From the IMG/VR virus record IMGVR_UViG_3300029787_000045, positions 1 through 57,842 of that record: 57,842 nucleotides of DNA. One strand, written 5' to 3'. The notes beneath the pieces are model-generated. The model made no database searches, had not been told where the DNA came from, and saw nothing but the letters and a program-made list of their open reading frames with translations. The stretch is from a virus (lineage: Duplodnaviria > Caudoviricetes). A program made the position numbers and the translations under genes. Of the stretch, positions 55,994-57,842 are shown in pieces (the first letter of the stretch is position 1; each line of letters starts with the position of its first letter).

Positions 55994-57670
55994 ATGGGAT
56001 TTTTATCATCACTTTTTGGTTATAAGGATAAGCCACAAGTAACATCTAAAGTATCTTATATTCCTGACGAATTAAAACCTTATGTTGAGGAAACTTTAAA
56101 GGATACTCAAGCTTTATATAAACAACGGTTAGATGAAGGGTATCAACCTTATACTGGAGATACAATTGCTGGTTTTACACCTGAACAAATTGCTTCTCAA
56201 GAAGGATTAAAATCTTTAATAGGAACACAAGTTCCATTTCAACAAGAAGCTCTTGAGACGTTTAGAAAAGGTGCTGAAAGGTTTACTCCTGAGACAGCTA
56301 AAGAATTTATGTCACCTTATCAAAGGGCTGTTATTGATCAAGAAAAAGAACAAGCTCAACGTCAATATGAACGTACTAGGCGTCCTGAGTTTGAAGCAGC
56401 GGCTGTAAGGGCTGGTGGTATGAGTGGTCTTGGTAGTCGGGCTGCAATAGAATCTGCTGAACGAGAAGATTTACAAGCTAGACTCCTTGCAGACATAGAG
56501 ACTAAAGGATTACAAGCAGCTTATCAAGATGCACAAAATCAATTTACAGCTCAAAAAGCAAGAGAACGTACAATGGCTAGTGATGTTGGAACAGCAGGGG
56601 GAAATCTATTTTCTGCTGGTTTAGCTGAACAAGGTTTGCTTAAAGATATTGGTGATGAAAAACAACGATTAGCACAGTCTGCTTTAGATGAAGCATACTT
56701 TAAATATAGAGAAGCAAGAGACTTTCCAGAAAAACAGCTTGAGCGTTATCAATCTTCTATATATGGTAATCCTTTATTACAACAACCTAATTTTACTCAA
56801 ACAAATACACCAGCACAAGCATCAATGAGTAAAAGTTTACTAGGATTAGGCTTGTCTGGCTTAAAAAGCTATGGTGGTGGAAGTGTATTATCAGGTATTG
56901 GAAAAGTTGGTACTGGTCTTAAAAGTTTCTTTGGTGGCATGAAGCATGGTGGTCAAGTAGGAGGATTGCCTACACTTTATAGACAAACTGGTGGCGATCT
57001 TATGGATGAAGATGTAGAATTTCAAACAGATATGAACAGATCTCCAGAAGATAGAATAGAGGCACTTCAAGCAGTGTTAGCCGCACAAAAAACTCCTGCT
57101 GTTGCTCCACCTCCACCTCCACCTAAACCTACTGTTGATCCTAATAAACCTCAACGTAAATCAGTAGCTGAGAATGTTGCACAAATTAAAGGAACGACAG
57201 AAGATAATCTCATGGCAGGTCTGGCAGCGTATCTTAAACCTTTTGGAACACCTGCTGATATACTAGGAGCGCAGACAGCATCTGAAAGTAAAAGAAATAT
57301 TGCTGCTGCTAAAGAAGAATTAAAGATGACTTCTGAAGAAGAAAAAGCTGAAGCTAGGGTAAGAGCGGCAGTAGCTAAAAATCGAGGTAAAAAAGATTAT
57401 AAGCCTTCTGATTTAAAAGACTACTATAACCTAGCATTGGGCAAACTATTATCTGGAGCGCAGGTAAATGAGGCTGGAGATGTAATCCTTGAAGGTACTG
57501 TTTGGGCCAGCAAGATGTCAGCAGATAAAAAAGATGATATTAGAAAACAACTAGCAGATGTTTTTGCAAGGGCAACTCAGTATCGAGATCGAAATGTCCC
57601 ATTAGGTAAAGTTCAAGAATTTATGACTAAAAAAATTGACGCTATTAGAAAGGCAAATAAGCTAAAGTAA
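55994..57670 (+). CDS. Probable DNA ejection (pilot) protein
   Basis: MGFLSSLFG start, Y.PY.G..IAGF.P.Q, FMSPYQ, G.GSR, Ala/Gln-rich helices and Gly-rich hydrophobic segment. Confidence 0.65.
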   Translation: MGFLSSLFGYKDKPQVTSKVSYIPDELKPYVEETLKDTQALYKQRLDEGYQPYTGDTIAGFTPEQIASQEGLKSLIGTQVPFQQEALETFRKGAERFTPETAKEFMSPYQRAVIDQEKEQAQRQYERTRRPEFEAAAVRAGGMSGLGSRAAIESAEREDLQARLLADIETKGLQAAYQDAQNQFTAQKARERTMASDVGTAGGNLFSAGLAEQGLLKDIGDEKQRLAQSALDEAYFKYREARDFPEKQLERYQSSIYGNPLLQQPNFTQTNTPAQASMSKSLLGLGLSGLKSYGGGSVLSGIGKVGTGLKSFFGGMKHGGQVGGLPTLYRQTGGDLMDEDVEFQTDMNRSPEDRIEALQAVLAAQKTPAVAPPPPPPKPTVDPNKPQRKSVAENVAQIKGTTEDNLMAGLAAYLKPFGTPADILGAQTASESKRNIAAAKEELKMTSEEEKAEARVRAAVAKNRGKKDYKPSDLKDYYNLALGKLLSGAQVNEAGDVILEGTVWASKMSADKKDDIRKQLADVFARATQYRDRNVPLGKVQEFMTKKIDAIRKANKLK

Positions 57671-57685
57671 TAGGAAAGATTTCTA

Positions 57686-57842
57686 ATGACAACTAATTTA
57701 AATACTAATGATTTATCTAACGCAAGCGTAGATGATTTAATAGAATTAGATAAAGCTCTTAGCCCAAAATCTTCTACTCAAGAAGTAACACCTATAAATC
57801 TTAGGGATACTAATGATTTATCTAACGCAAGCGTAGATGATT
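57686..57842 (+). CDS. True N-terminus of the large ejection protein (MTTNLNTNDLSNASVDDLIELDKALSPKSSTQEV...), running off the window end
   Basis: ATG at 57686 after AGGAAAG. Encodes the same 35-aa repeat as nt 2-152. Confidence 0.8.
   Translation, partial: MTTNLNTNDLSNASVDDLIELDKALSPKSSTQEVTPINLRDTNDLSNASVDD

Noticed and set aside
57745-57842. Biological direct terminal repeat
   Set aside because: The match is one unit of a coding tandem repeat inside a gene, i.e. an assembly break rather than the virion DNA end.

Overview
The window looks like an essentially complete ~57.8 kb lytic dsDNA podovirus-type phage genome. It is opened inside a 105-bp tandem repeat at the 5' end of its largest gene, and the last 98 nt match positions 4-101. 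Two arms diverge from a palindrome-rich non-coding region at ~30.0-30.5 kb and converge at ~8.4 kb. The minus arm (29996 to 8487) carries small early genes (ParB-like, HhH glycosylase-like, GcrA-like, DUF932, cupin), then a T7-like primase-helicase, family A DNA polymerase, SSB, nucleases and class Ia RNR. It ends with a glycosyltransferase/methyltransferase cassette, a holin and TerS. The plus arm (30524 through the origin to 8381) carries TerL, portal, GroES, scaffold, capsid, a block of very basic proteins, adaptor/tail/fibre genes, ejection proteins, an M15 endolysin and three exported proteins. I saw no RNA polymerase, integrase, tRNA, reverse transcriptase or CRISPR array. The GcrA-like gene and GTA-type holin point to an alphaproteobacterial, probably aquatic, host (inference). 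The main leads are: (1) the GT / GT-MTase-Maf fusion / MTase cassette; (2) the basic-protein block and a shared xxGG motif; (3) a 10-aa DDIxxQMGWG cassette shared by two unrelated genes 27 kb apart; (4) a family of covarying bulged hairpins in front of minus-arm genes; (5) strong CCWGG avoidance. All product calls come from motif recognition by eye, not from database searches.
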